Assembly: GCA_041617795.1 (NCBI GenBank) | Contig: JBFJOD010000002.1 | Location: 1,189-65,188, forward strand | Direction: 5' to 3' | DNA: 64,000 bases | Origin: Gemmatimonadota bacterium | GTDB lineage: Bacteria > Gemmatimonadota > Gemmatimonadetes > Palauibacterales > KS3-K002 | Shown here: positions 45,453-54,471 of the stretch, in pieces | Layout: every line of letters starts with the position of its first letter | How positions within the stretch are numbered: position 1 is the first letter of the stretch | Translations under genes and position numbers: made by a program | The notes under the pieces: generated by a model | The model's database searches: none | Told to the model about the DNA's origin: nothing | Seen by the model: the letters and a program-made list of their open reading frames with translations, nothing else

Positions 45453-46145
45453 ATGGCACAAGGAGAGAAGGACGCCGGAACTGTGCAGCCGGGTGCCTTG
45501 CGCCTGACCGCAAACGACCAGTTCAAGAGAACGTTCGGCCCATGGCTCTGGGGCAGCATCATGCTGGCGACCGTTCTGCACTTCGGGATGTTTGCCTTCT
45601 TCCCCGAGCTCACGGCATCGGACGTAAGCTTCGGCGTGAACGAGTTTGAAGCGATCGAGCTTCCGCCGGAAGTTGAGATTCCGCCGCCACCGGAGCAGAT
45701 CTCCCGTCCTGCCGTTCCAGTTGTAGCGGCTACGGAACTGGAAGAAGACATCACGATAGCGCCGACGACCTTTGAAGAGAACCCGGTGGAGAACCTGCCG
45801 CCGCCACCCAGCGACGCCAGCCGGCTTGGTGACCAGCCGGTCTTCACTCCGTTCACCGTGAAACCAGAGATCAAAGATCGGCGCGCGGCGCTGCGGATCG
45901 TTGAGCGTAACTATCCGAAGTTGTTGAAAGACGCCGGTATCGGCGGCACGGTGAACGTGTGGGTGTTCATCGACACGAACGGGATCGTCAAGAACTCGCA
46001 GGTGCAGAAGAGCTCGGGCAACAGGGGTTTGGACGATGCGGCCATGAAATCGGCTGCTGAGTTCGTGTTCACGCCTGCCCTGAATAGGGATCAGAAGGTA
46101 CCAGTCTGGGTATCGATTCCGATCACGTTCTCGGTCAAGAACTAA
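45453..46145 (+). CDS. tonB: energy transducer TonB
   Basis: 230 aa with an N-terminal TM helix, a Pro-rich spacer (LPPEVEIPPPPEQISRPAVP) and a C-terminal TonB domain (YPKLLKDAGIGGTVNVWVFIDTNG...FTPA). Confidence 0.88.
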   Translation: MAQGEKDAGTVQPGALRLTANDQFKRTFGPWLWGSIMLATVLHFGMFAFFPELTASDVSFGVNEFEAIELPPEVEIPPPPEQISRPAVPVVAATELEEDITIAPTTFEENPVENLPPPPSDASRLGDQPVFTPFTVKPEIKDRRAALRIVERNYPKLLKDAGIGGTVNVWVFIDTNGIVKNSQVQKSSGNRGLDDAAMKSAAEFVFTPALNRDQKVPVWVSIPITFSVKN

Positions 46146-46169
46146 CGGCTGTATCCAGCCTACCGTAGG

Positions 46170-46210
46170 GAGCCCGGCACCGCGGCGGCGGTGCCGGGCT
46201 CTTTGTTTTG
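46170..46210 (+). terminator. rho-independent terminator after tonB
   Basis: A 14-bp perfect stem GAGCCCGGCACCGC / GCGGTGCCGGGCTC with a GGCG loop, followed by TTTGTTTTG. Confidence 0.85.
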
Positions 46211-46250
46211 TCTTGCTTAGGTATGTGAGGGCGGGTAAGTTTGTGTGCTT

Positions 46251-46952
46251 ATGTATCTTGAGCGGGTCGAGCGTGCGCTCGCAGAGGTGCGTGGGCGCAT
46301 TAACCAGGCCGGCGCACGCGCCGGTCGTTCCGATGGCCAGTCGATCACGATCGTTGGAATCACGAAGGGGCAGCCGTTGGAGGCACTGCACGCGGCTGCG
46401 CAAGCGGGGTTGCAGGTCATCGGAGAGAACCGCGTGCAGGATGCCCGTGAAAAGCGGGAGGCGGTGGGAGACCTGGGGCTAGCCTGGCATCTGGTTGGGC
46501 ATCTGCAAAGGAACAAAGTCCGCCAGGCCCTGGAGCTGTTCACGCTTATTCATTCGGTGGACTCGTTGCGCCTGGCTGAGGCTATCGACCGCGAGGCCGC
46601 GAAGCTGGGGCGGCTGGTGTCGGTGCTGGTTCAGGTCAACGCCTCGGGCGAGGGTAGCAAGTACGGATTCGATGTCGAGGGTGGTATTTCGGCTGTGCGG
46701 AGCGTGAGCGAACTAGAGCACGTGAGGGTTGATGGGCTGATGACGATGGCGCCTTTCACTGATGACGTTGCCACGCTCCGTCGGACGTTTAGGCGGACAC
46801 GAGAGTTGTACGAAAGCTGCAGAGAAGATGTGGTGAAGTTCGAGGGTAAGCACCTATCGATGGGAATGAGCAACGATTTCGAGATCGCGGTCGAAGAGGG
46901 CAGCACGATGGTGCGGCTCGGCACGGTGCTGTTTGGGGAGCGACTATCATGA
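46251..46952 (+). CDS. yggS: YggS family pyridoxal phosphate homeostasis protein
   Basis: ITIVGITKGQP, IGENRVQDA, WHLVGHLQRNKV and LSMGMSNDFEIAVEEGSTMVRLGT are typical of YggS/YlmE. The in-frame GTG at 46245 is an alternative start. Confidence 0.9.
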   Translation: MYLERVERALAEVRGRINQAGARAGRSDGQSITIVGITKGQPLEALHAAAQAGLQVIGENRVQDAREKREAVGDLGLAWHLVGHLQRNKVRQALELFTLIHSVDSLRLAEAIDREAAKLGRLVSVLVQVNASGEGSKYGFDVEGGISAVRSVSELEHVRVDGLMTMAPFTDDVATLRRTFRRTRELYESCREDVVKFEGKHLSMGMSNDFEIAVEEGSTMVRLGTVLFGERLS

Positions 46953-47563
46953 TCGATCTGACACCACTCGATGTGCGAAAGAAGAAGGGTGACTTCCGAC
47001 GCACCGTTCGAGGATATGATCCAGAACTTGTCGACGACTTTCTCGACATGGTTGCCGAGCGGTTGGAAGAACTCGTCAAGCAAAACGTGGCGTTGAGCGA
47101 ACGGGCGGAGCACTTGCAAGAGCAAGTCGCTTCATACCGGCAGCGTGAGAAGGCGCTCAACGAAGCGTTGGTCACGGCCCAGCAACTGCGATCGGAAGCC
47201 CAGGCACAGGCCGATCGTGAAGCGGAATTGGTGCGCCGTGAAGCACAGAGCCAGGCGGATCGAATCATCGACGATGGCCAGCGCTCGTTTCGCCAGCTGG
47301 CGCGGGAGATCGAAGCGCTCCACACCCGTAGACGGCAGTTCCTCCACACCTTCAGAACCACACTGGAGAGGTACATGTCTGAGCTCGAGGTCGAAGAGAC
47401 CCGGTTAGACGATACGCTGGTACCGCATCCAGAGCCGCTGCGCTCGAGCCCCCCGGCCCCGGACGAAGCGAGTGAGCCGGAACCGGGTCCAGCCGGCGAA
47501 CCCAAACAGGGCGATTGGCTTTCCTCCCTCGTCACGGAGGGCGAGCAAGAGGAAAGCAGCTGA
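46949..47563 (+). CDS. divIVA: DivIVA domain-containing protein
   Basis: MIDLTPLDVRKKKGDFRRTVRGYDPELVDDFLDMV is the conserved DivIVA N-terminal lipid-binding domain, followed by coiled-coil sequence. It overlaps the yggS stop by 4 nt. Confidence 0.85.
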   Translation: MIDLTPLDVRKKKGDFRRTVRGYDPELVDDFLDMVAERLEELVKQNVALSERAEHLQEQVASYRQREKALNEALVTAQQLRSEAQAQADREAELVRREAQSQADRIIDDGQRSFRQLAREIEALHTRRRQFLHTFRTTLERYMSELEVEETRLDDTLVPHPEPLRSSPPAPDEASEPEPGPAGEPKQGDWLSSLVTEGEQEESS

Positions 47564-48402
47564 TGAACCATCCCAGCGCGGACGATCTTGTTGGTCGCGT
47601 TCGTGCCGCAACGAAAACGATTCGCACGTACACGGCGACGGAGCCGCGCCTTGGCATCATCCTCGGAACGGGGTTGGGGGCTCTGGCCGAAGAGATCGAG
47701 ACGGAGGCAGAGATTCCTTACGATAGGATACCGGATTTCCCTGTGCCGACGGTAGAAACCCACAGCGGTCGTCTTCTCTTGGGCCGGCTCTCCGGCCTAC
47801 CGGTCGTGGCCATGCAGGGCAGGTTCCATCGCTACGAGGGCTACTCACTGCAGCAAGTGACGTTCCCGGTCAGGGTAATGCGGGATCTGGGCGCTGAGAT
47901 CCTGGCGGTTTCCAACGCCTGCGGCGGAATGAACCCGATGTGGGACGTTGGCGATCTGATGTTGATTGCCGACCATATCAACCTGCTCGGCGACAATCCG
48001 TTGATCGGTCCCAACCCGGATCAATTGGGTCCACGTTTCCCGGACATGTCGGAGCCCTACGATCTGCGGTTGCAGCGCCTGGCCCTCGAGGTTGCGCAGG
48101 AGCGGCGGATCACTCTGCGCCGGGGTGTCTACGTGGCGGTACCCGGGCCGAACTTGGAAACGCGCGCAGAATACCGATTCCTGAGAATGATCGGTGCAGA
48201 TGTGGTGGGGATGTCCACCGTGCCCGAGGTCATCGTCGCGGTTCACAGCGGCATGAGAGTGTTGGGTGTTTCGATTATCACCGACAGCTGTCTGCCGGAT
48301 GCACTTAAGCCTGCAAGCGTTGAAGAGATCATACGAGTGGCGAGCGAATCCGAGCCGAAGCTGACTTCGCTGATTAAGCATGTAGTGGCGCGTTTGAGTT
48401 GA
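47563..48402 (+). CDS. purine-nucleoside phosphorylase (trimeric, inosine/guanosine type)
   Basis: I trimmed the ORF to the ATG at 47563, which overlaps the divIVA stop (TGATG). GIILGTGLG, HSGRLLLGRL, VAMQGRFHRYEGY, VSNACGGMNP and VGMSTVPE are present. Confidence 0.9.
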   Translation: MNHPSADDLVGRVRAATKTIRTYTATEPRLGIILGTGLGALAEEIETEAEIPYDRIPDFPVPTVETHSGRLLLGRLSGLPVVAMQGRFHRYEGYSLQQVTFPVRVMRDLGAEILAVSNACGGMNPMWDVGDLMLIADHINLLGDNPLIGPNPDQLGPRFPDMSEPYDLRLQRLALEVAQERRITLRRGVYVAVPGPNLETRAEYRFLRMIGADVVGMSTVPEVIVAVHSGMRVLGVSIITDSCLPDALKPASVEEIIRVASESEPKLTSLIKHVVARLS

Positions 48403-48412
48403 AGTCTGGGCT

Positions 48413-51400
48413 ATGAGCAAAGACCTTTACAGACCGATTCCGGATAGTCCGACCGAGCTCGAGGAGTCCGTCCTCGAGCGGTGGGAATCAGAAGACACCT
48501 TTGTGCGCTCGCTCGAGCTGACAAAGGACGGCAAACCTTTTGTTTTCTTCGAGGGCCCTCCTACAGCCAACGGACGCCCCGGAATCCATCATGTTCTCTC
48601 GCGAACTATAAAAGACACGTTTTGCCGCTACCAGGCGATGCAAGGCCGCTGCGTGACGCGAATCGCGGGTTGGGATACCCACGGGCTGCCGGTGGAGGTC
48701 GAGGCCGAAAAAGCGCTGGGTATCTCAGGCAAGCCAGAGATCGAGAAGATCGGTGTCGAGCGCTTCACCCAGGTCAGCCGCGATCACATCTTCACTTACA
48801 AAGAGGAGTGGGAGAAGCTTTCACTCCGCATTGGCTTCTGGTTGGACTACTCCCGGGCCTACATCACCTGTTCGCCGGAGTACATCGAGAGCGTTTGGTG
48901 GGCGTTGGCGGAGTTCCATGAAAAGGGTTTGCTATACAGGGGGCACAAGGTCGTGCCGTACTGTCCCCGCTGCGGCACGGGGCTCTCGAGCCATGAGGTC
49001 GCTCAGGGTTACGAAGAGGTTAGCGAGCCGGCGGTAACGGTGAAGTTCCCCGTGGAAGATCAGCCGGGCGTGTTCCTGTTGGCCTGGACGACGACACCGT
49101 GGACGCTTCCGGGTAATGTGGCGTTAGCTGTCAGTCCGATGGTGGCCTACATCAAAGCACGTGTCGGTGACGAGGTCTATTACCTGGCGGAGCGGTTGGC
49201 CGACGAAGTACTGGGTGATGGCTACGAAGTTCTCGAGACCATGCCGGGTGGTAAACTGGACGGTTTGCGTTATGAGCCGCCGTTCCCGTTTCTTCAGCAA
49301 GCGGTCGGCAGTGAGAACGGCTGGTATGTGGCGACGGCCGATTTCGTCACAGCGGACGAAGGTACGGGCATCGTTCATACGGCGGTGATGTACGGGCAGG
49401 ATGACTATGAGCTTGGGATGAAGTTAGGGCTTCCGGCACACCATTTGGTGGACGAAGAAGGTCGCTTCACTGACGAGGTGACGCCATGGTCTGGCAGATT
49501 TGTGAAGGACGTGGATCCGCTGATCATCGAAGCGCTGGCCGAGTCCGGCCGCCTGATCAAGGCCGAGAATCATCTCCACACCTACCCGTTCTGCTGGCGC
49601 TGCAGCACTCCGTTGCTCTACTACGCACGTGATTCCTGGTATCTGCGGACGACGGCTGTCAAAGATGAGCTGCTTGCAAACAACGCGTCGGTCGGCTGGC
49701 AGCCGCCGGAGATCGGCCGCGGGCGCATGGCGGAATGGCTGGCGAACAACGTCGATTGGGCGCTTTCGCGCGACCGATATTGGGGTACCCCGCTGCCGGT
49801 TTGGGTCTGTGACAAGGTGGAGTCGCATATCGAAGTCATCGGCAGTTTCGGCCAGCTGGCTGAGCGGGCGAATATCGCGATCGATGAGGGTTTCGATCCT
49901 CACAAACCTTTCATCGATACGGTGAGTTGGGGCTGCGCACAGTGCGACGGGGAAATGCGGCGCGCTCCAGAGGTAATCGACGCGTGGTTCGATTCGGGTT
50001 CGATGCCGTTTGCGCAGTGGCACTACCCAATGGAGAACAGAACGGACTTCGATGAGCACTTTCCGGCTGACTTCATTGCCGAGGGTGTAGATCAGACCCG
50101 TGGTTGGTTCTATTCGCTGCTCGCTATTTCGACCGTACTTTTCGGCCGACCGCCGTACCGCAACGTCGTCGTGAACGACTTGGTGCTCGATGCGGACGGC
50201 GTGAAGATGTCGAAGTCACGCGGCAACGTCGTTGATCCTTGGGCGGCAATCGGCGAATTCGGTGCCGACGCGATCCGCTACTACCTGCTCTCAGCGAGCA
50301 GTCCATGGATCCCCAAGCGTCATGACCCAAAAGCGATCGGCGAGGTCAGGCGGAAGTTCTTCGGTACGCTTCTGGCCACTTACCGTTTCTTCGAGTTGTA
50401 CGCCAATCTGGAGAAGTGGAAGCCTGCGAAACGCCCGTCTTCAGCCAGGCGATCGGTGACCGACAGGTGGTTATTGTCACAGCTCGATGGCTTGATCGAG
50501 GCCTGCCGCGAGGATCTGGATTCTTACGATGTAACTCACGCCGTCCGGCGTATCGGTGAGTTCGTGATTGATGACCTGTCGAACTGGTACGTACGGCGCT
50601 CGCGAGCGCGGTTTTGGGGAACCCGGTCGGCGAACCTCGAGACGATGGACGCGGCGTTCAGCACACTGTGGGAGGCGCTGGTCACCGTAAGCCGCTTGCT
50701 GGCGCCGGTGGCCCCGTTCGTCAGCGATTGGATTCACCGCGAGCTGACCGGGGGAACCTCGGTCCACCTAACTCGGTACCCTAAACCCGAAGGGCGACGC
50801 GAGCCGGCTCTGGACGAGGCGATGCAGCTGGGTCGGCAGCTGGCCGGGTTAGGCCGTGCGGCACGCGATGCGGCGGGAATCCGGGTACGACAGCCCCTTG
50901 GCCGCCTGTTGGCGGTGGTGCCGCGGGGCGGGCTGGCCCGTCTGCCAGAAGACGTGCTAGAGGTCGTGCGGGACGAGCTGAACGTTCGAGACATCCAGTT
51001 CGTCGACGATCCAAGTGATCTGGTCCGCTATCGGGCGGAGCCGAATTTCGCCATTCTCGGGCCGCAGTTCGGCGCCCGAGCTCAGGCTGTGGCCGTCGCG
51101 ATCCGCGGTCTGGCGAGCGAGGAACTGGCCGTCTGGCGGAAGCGGGGCGGGGAGTTGGGTCTTGAGGTCGCCGGCGGCCGGGTCGACGTGCCCGAGGAAG
51201 GGCTGGCGGTGCTAGAGGAGGCGGCGGAAGGGCTCGTCGTGCAGTCCGATGCTGGGGTCCTGGTCGGCCTGGACACAGTCGTGACGCAGGATCTGCGGGA
51301 GGAGGGTACGGCCCGGGAACTGGTGAATCGGATTCAGCGGCTGCGGCGCGAGGCGGGCCTGCAACTGGACGACAGGATCCGTTTGGGTATCTTTGGGGCG

Positions 51401-51568
51401 CCTGAAGTCGCTTCGGCGGCTGAGGCTCACCGCGAGTATATCGCCAGCGAAGTGTTGGCGGTCGAGGTTGAGGTTGGCCCGGAGCCACCGACGGCTGACG
51501 GGTATGAGCACACGCGCGAGATTCAGCTGGATGGTCGCGAGGCGGTGATTGGCGTACAGATCAGCTGA
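48413..51568 (+). CDS. ileS: isoleucine--tRNA ligase
   Basis: 1051 aa. The HIGH motif PTANGRPGIHH and the KMSKS motif VKMSKSRGN are present, with a CP1 editing domain and the long C-terminal extension of type 2 IleRS. Confidence 0.97.
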   Translation: MSKDLYRPIPDSPTELEESVLERWESEDTFVRSLELTKDGKPFVFFEGPPTANGRPGIHHVLSRTIKDTFCRYQAMQGRCVTRIAGWDTHGLPVEVEAEKALGISGKPEIEKIGVERFTQVSRDHIFTYKEEWEKLSLRIGFWLDYSRAYITCSPEYIESVWWALAEFHEKGLLYRGHKVVPYCPRCGTGLSSHEVAQGYEEVSEPAVTVKFPVEDQPGVFLLAWTTTPWTLPGNVALAVSPMVAYIKARVGDEVYYLAERLADEVLGDGYEVLETMPGGKLDGLRYEPPFPFLQQAVGSENGWYVATADFVTADEGTGIVHTAVMYGQDDYELGMKLGLPAHHLVDEEGRFTDEVTPWSGRFVKDVDPLIIEALAESGRLIKAENHLHTYPFCWRCSTPLLYYARDSWYLRTTAVKDELLANNASVGWQPPEIGRGRMAEWLANNVDWALSRDRYWGTPLPVWVCDKVESHIEVIGSFGQLAERANIAIDEGFDPHKPFIDTVSWGCAQCDGEMRRAPEVIDAWFDSGSMPFAQWHYPMENRTDFDEHFPADFIAEGVDQTRGWFYSLLAISTVLFGRPPYRNVVVNDLVLDADGVKMSKSRGNVVDPWAAIGEFGADAIRYYLLSASSPWIPKRHDPKAIGEVRRKFFGTLLATYRFFELYANLEKWKPAKRPSSARRSVTDRWLLSQLDGLIEACREDLDSYDVTHAVRRIGEFVIDDLSNWYVRRSRARFWGTRSANLETMDAAFSTLWEALVTVSRLLAPVAPFVSDWIHRELTGGTSVHLTRYPKPEGRREPALDEAMQLGRQLAGLGRAARDAAGIRVRQPLGRLLAVVPRGGLARLPEDVLEVVRDELNVRDIQFVDDPSDLVRYRAEPNFAILGPQFGARAQAVAVAIRGLASEELAVWRKRGGELGLEVAGGRVDVPEEGLAVLEEAAEGLVVQSDAGVLVGLDTVVTQDLREEGTARELVNRIQRLRREAGLQLDDRIRLGIFGAPEVASAAEAHREYIASEVLAVEVEVGPEPPTADGYEHTREIQLDGREAVIGVQIS

Positions 51569-51616
51569 CTGCCGGTCGTAGATCTAACGCGGCCGCCTGA
51601 CAATTCGAGGACGAGG

Positions 51617-52003
51617 ATGCCACTCAAAAAGAAAGATCTGGCGCATTTCGAGCAGCGTCTGCTAGATGAGCGACAGAAGATCGTCAAGCAGCTGGCCCAG
51701 TTTGACGAGTCGTTTTCGGACACTCTGCAAGGGTCGGATGGCGACCTTTCCGCCTACAGCTTCCACATGGCGGACCAGGGGACCGATGCGATGGAGCGCG
51801 AGAAAGCCTTCCTGTTCGCCAGCAAAGAGGGTCGCTTCCTGTTCCACATCGATCAGGCGCTCCGCAGGCTCTACAAGACTCCCGACAAGTACGGGATCTG
51901 TGAAGAGTGTGGAGTGGAAATAGGGTACGAGCGGCTCGACGCGTTGCCACACGCGAGATTGTGCATCAAGTGCAAGGAGCGCGAGGAGAACAACGGTGCC
52001 TAG
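51617..52003 (+). CDS. TraR/DksA family zinc-finger transcriptional regulator
   Basis: 128 aa with a coiled-coil N-terminus and a C4 zinc finger CEECGVEIGYERLDALPHARLCIKCK. Confidence 0.85.
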   Translation: MPLKKKDLAHFEQRLLDERQKIVKQLAQFDESFSDTLQGSDGDLSAYSFHMADQGTDAMEREKAFLFASKEGRFLFHIDQALRRLYKTPDKYGICEECGVEIGYERLDALPHARLCIKCKEREENNGA

Positions 52004-52574
52004 CGGCTACCCGCAAGCCGGTGAGGTCGGTCGGGCGGAGGAGTTAGCGGGCAGCGACGCGTCGGTACGGGGCAAGCTCGGCAGTTTTGCTGGTACGGCC
52101 GCAGTAGTTCTTGCCTTGGATATGTTCACCAAGCTCTTGGTCCAGCAAACACTTCACGTTTACGAATCGATTTCGGTCTTCGGTAATTTCTTCCGACTGA
52201 CCTACATCCATAATCCCGGTGCGGCTTTCGGGCTCCACCTTGGACCTCATTCGCGCTTTCTCTTCCTGACTTTGGCGCTGGTCGCGCTCGCCGTGCTCAT
52301 CGTGATGTATCGGCACACACCAGCTGAGGATCGGCTCAGGCTGTTCGCGATTGGAGCGATCGCCGGAGGTGCCTTGGGCAATGTGATCGATCGGATCCGC
52401 TCTGCAGCAGGCGTCGTCGATTTCCTCGATTTTGGCGTCGGCGGCCTCCGCTGGCCCGTTTTCAACATCGCGGACACCGCGGTAACGATTGGCGCGTTGC
52501 TTCTGCTCACCTCTCTGTGGGCCGAGGATCAACGTCGTGACCGCGAGGAAAGTGGAGAAACTTCAAGCAGCTGA
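51996..52574 (+). CDS. lspA: lipoprotein signal peptidase II
   Basis: GTG start overlapping the upstream stop. LDMFTKLLV, NPGAAFG, GGALGNVIDR and FNIADTAVTIG are conserved LspA motifs, including the catalytic Asp residues. Confidence 0.9.
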   Translation: MPSGYPQAGEVGRAEELAGSDASVRGKLGSFAGTAAVVLALDMFTKLLVQQTLHVYESISVFGNFFRLTYIHNPGAAFGLHLGPHSRFLFLTLALVALAVLIVMYRHTPAEDRLRLFAIGAIAGGALGNVIDRIRSAAGVVDFLDFGVGGLRWPVFNIADTAVTIGALLLLTSLWAEDQRRDREESGETSSS

Positions 52575-53520
52575 CGGGAGCATCAGCTACCGGATCAGGG
52601 TCACCGAGCAGTCGGACCAACGGCTCGACCGCTACCTCGCAAAACAACTCTCAGTCTCACGCTCGCAAATCGCGGCCTGGATCGACGCAGGCCGCGTTCT
52701 GATCGAGGACACGGTACCCAAGAAAAGCTACATCCCCGAGGTCGACGACCTGATCATCGTCGATGTTCCACCGCCTACGCCGTCTACCCTCGTTGCGGAA
52801 GAGATAGAGGTTGATGTTGTCTATGAGGACGAGGGGTTCCTGGTCGTCAATAAGCCCGCGGGCATGGTGGTGCACCCTGCACCCGGCCACTCGGGGGGCA
52901 CTCTGGTGAACGCCCTCCTGTACCGGGTCGGTCGTCTATCGACGATCGGGGGACCTAGCCGGCCCGGTATCGTGCATCGACTCGACAAAGACACTTCTGG
53001 CCTTGTTATCGCGGCGAAGGATGAGAAGGTTCACCGGCGGCTGGCCGACGCGCTGGCGCGTCGCGCGATCACGCGTCGATATCTGGCTGCTTGCTGGGGA
53101 CATCTGCCCGAAGACCATTTCGTGGTCGAGGCCGACATGGGCCGGCATCGCCGTGATCGGAAGCGAATGGCCGTCGTCCCCGGAAGTCGGCCGGCTACCA
53201 CGGAGATCGAGCGATTGGAGCGCTGGGTGGCAGCGGACCTGCTCAAAATCCACCTCCATACCGGCCGGACCCACCAAATCCGCGTCCACTTGAGCCATAT
53301 CGGCCATCCAGTCGTCGGCGACCGTCAGTATGGCTCCGGCTGGGAACGCGGCCTCGAGGGCCGCTGGCCGCGGGAGCTGGCTCGACGTGTTCCTCGGCAG
53401 TTCCTGCATGCCGCCGAACTCCGCTTCGCCCATCCCGTTACGGGAGAGGAACTGGCGCTTTCGGCCGCCCTGCCAGAGGATCTGGCCGCCGCGGCCGAAT
53501 GGGCGCGCCGGACAAGTTGA
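52537..53520 (+). CDS. rluD: RluA-family 23S rRNA pseudouridine synthase (RluD-like)
   Basis: An N-terminal S4-like segment (RLDRYLAKQLSVSRSQIAAWIDAGRVLIED) and the catalytic motif HRLDKDTSGLVIAAK are present. The start is ambiguous (GTG at 52537 or 52552) because the long ORF overlaps lspA. Confidence 0.88.
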   Translation: MTARKVEKLQAADGSISYRIRVTEQSDQRLDRYLAKQLSVSRSQIAAWIDAGRVLIEDTVPKKSYIPEVDDLIIVDVPPPTPSTLVAEEIEVDVVYEDEGFLVVNKPAGMVVHPAPGHSGGTLVNALLYRVGRLSTIGGPSRPGIVHRLDKDTSGLVIAAKDEKVHRRLADALARRAITRRYLAACWGHLPEDHFVVEADMGRHRRDRKRMAVVPGSRPATTEIERLERWVAADLLKIHLHTGRTHQIRVHLSHIGHPVVGDRQYGSGWERGLEGRWPRELARRVPRQFLHAAELRFAHPVTGEELALSAALPEDLAAAAEWARRTS

Positions 53521-53545
53521 CCGGTACCTTAGTCGTTATTATACT
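53517..53545 (+). promoter_or_regulatory. sigma-70-like promoter in front of the che-mgl gene run
   Basis: TTGACC (53517-53522), a 17-nt spacer, then TATACT (53540-53545). It sits in a locally AT-rich stretch about 70 nt upstream of the cheW start. Confidence 0.45.
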
Positions 53546-53614
53546 TGTACTTCCGCGTGTGACTGCACCGCGCTTCCTCCCCCATATCCCAAACTGATTC
53601 GAGGCTTGTGCCCC

Positions 53615-54106
53615 GTGTCGCTTTCCAACGAGCGTCAGCTGATTGTCGAGGTCGGCGACTCGCTGTTCGCCGCCACCGCCGCCGCCGTTCGCGAGGTGGT
53701 TGAGCCGCTGGAGGCGACGCCCGTGCCCGGGGCTGTGCCAGAGGTTCTCGGACTGATCAATCTGCGTGGCTCCGTGATGCTAGCCGCACAGTTGGGTCGA
53801 CTTCTGGGCCTCGAGTCGCAAATGCACCGGGAATCCGCATTCGTCGTCGTCGAGCAGGGTGAAGGGCGCTTGGCCCTTGAAGTAGACCGCCTGGTAGGTG
53901 TGGCTGACTGCTCGCCGTCCGAGCTAGATGTTGACAGTGACCAGCTCGCGGCGCTCGGTGCTAGTGGTGTTGTGGTGGGTGTAAGCCGTTATGGTGAACG
54001 TCCGTGTTTCCGTTTGGACATTCCGCGCATCTTCGAACGCTTGCTCGATCCTGTTGCCGACCATGACGCGGGCGCGGATTCAAGTTCAACAAGAAGGCGG
54101 GTGTAA
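53615..54106 (+). CDS. cheW: chemotaxis coupling protein CheW
   Basis: I trimmed the ORF to the GTG at 53615 (the in-frame TTG at 53606 is an alternative). LIVEVGDSLFAATAAAVREVV...VPEVLGLINLRGSVMLAAQLGRLLG is the CheW-like domain pattern. Confidence 0.85.
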   Translation: MSLSNERQLIVEVGDSLFAATAAAVREVVEPLEATPVPGAVPEVLGLINLRGSVMLAAQLGRLLGLESQMHRESAFVVVEQGEGRLALEVDRLVGVADCSPSELDVDSDQLAALGASGVVVGVSRYGERPCFRLDIPRIFERLLDPVADHDAGADSSSTRRRV

Positions 54107-54108
54107 GA

Positions 54109-54471
54109 ATGAGCCGCACTGTTCTGATCGTTGACGACGCGATCTTCATGCGAACCATGATCGCTGACATCTTGAAGGGAGCGGGGTTTGAGATTGTGGG
54201 GGAAGCGTCATCAGGCGTTGAGGCCGTACAGAGATACCGTGAGCTGAAGCCAGATCTTGTCACGATGGATATCGTCATGCCGGATATGGGTGGCATCGAT
54301 GCGGTTCGCGAGATAGTCAAGGAGGATCCCAAGGCACGCATCCTGATGTGCAGCGCAATGGGCCAGCAGGGTCTCGTGGTAGAAGCAATTCAAGCCGGCG
54401 CTCGCGATTTTGTGGTCAAGCCCTTCCAACCTTCGCGCGTGCTTGAAGCCGTGCAACGTTTGCTGGGATGA
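54109..54471 (+). CDS. cheY: chemotaxis response regulator CheY
   Basis: 120 aa, single REC domain. LIVDDA, the phospho-acceptor in LVTMDIVMPDMGG, CSAMG and VVKPF are all canonical. Confidence 0.93.
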   Translation: MSRTVLIVDDAIFMRTMIADILKGAGFEIVGEASSGVEAVQRYRELKPDLVTMDIVMPDMGGIDAVREIVKEDPKARILMCSAMGQQGLVVEAIQAGARDFVVKPFQPSRVLEAVQRLLG

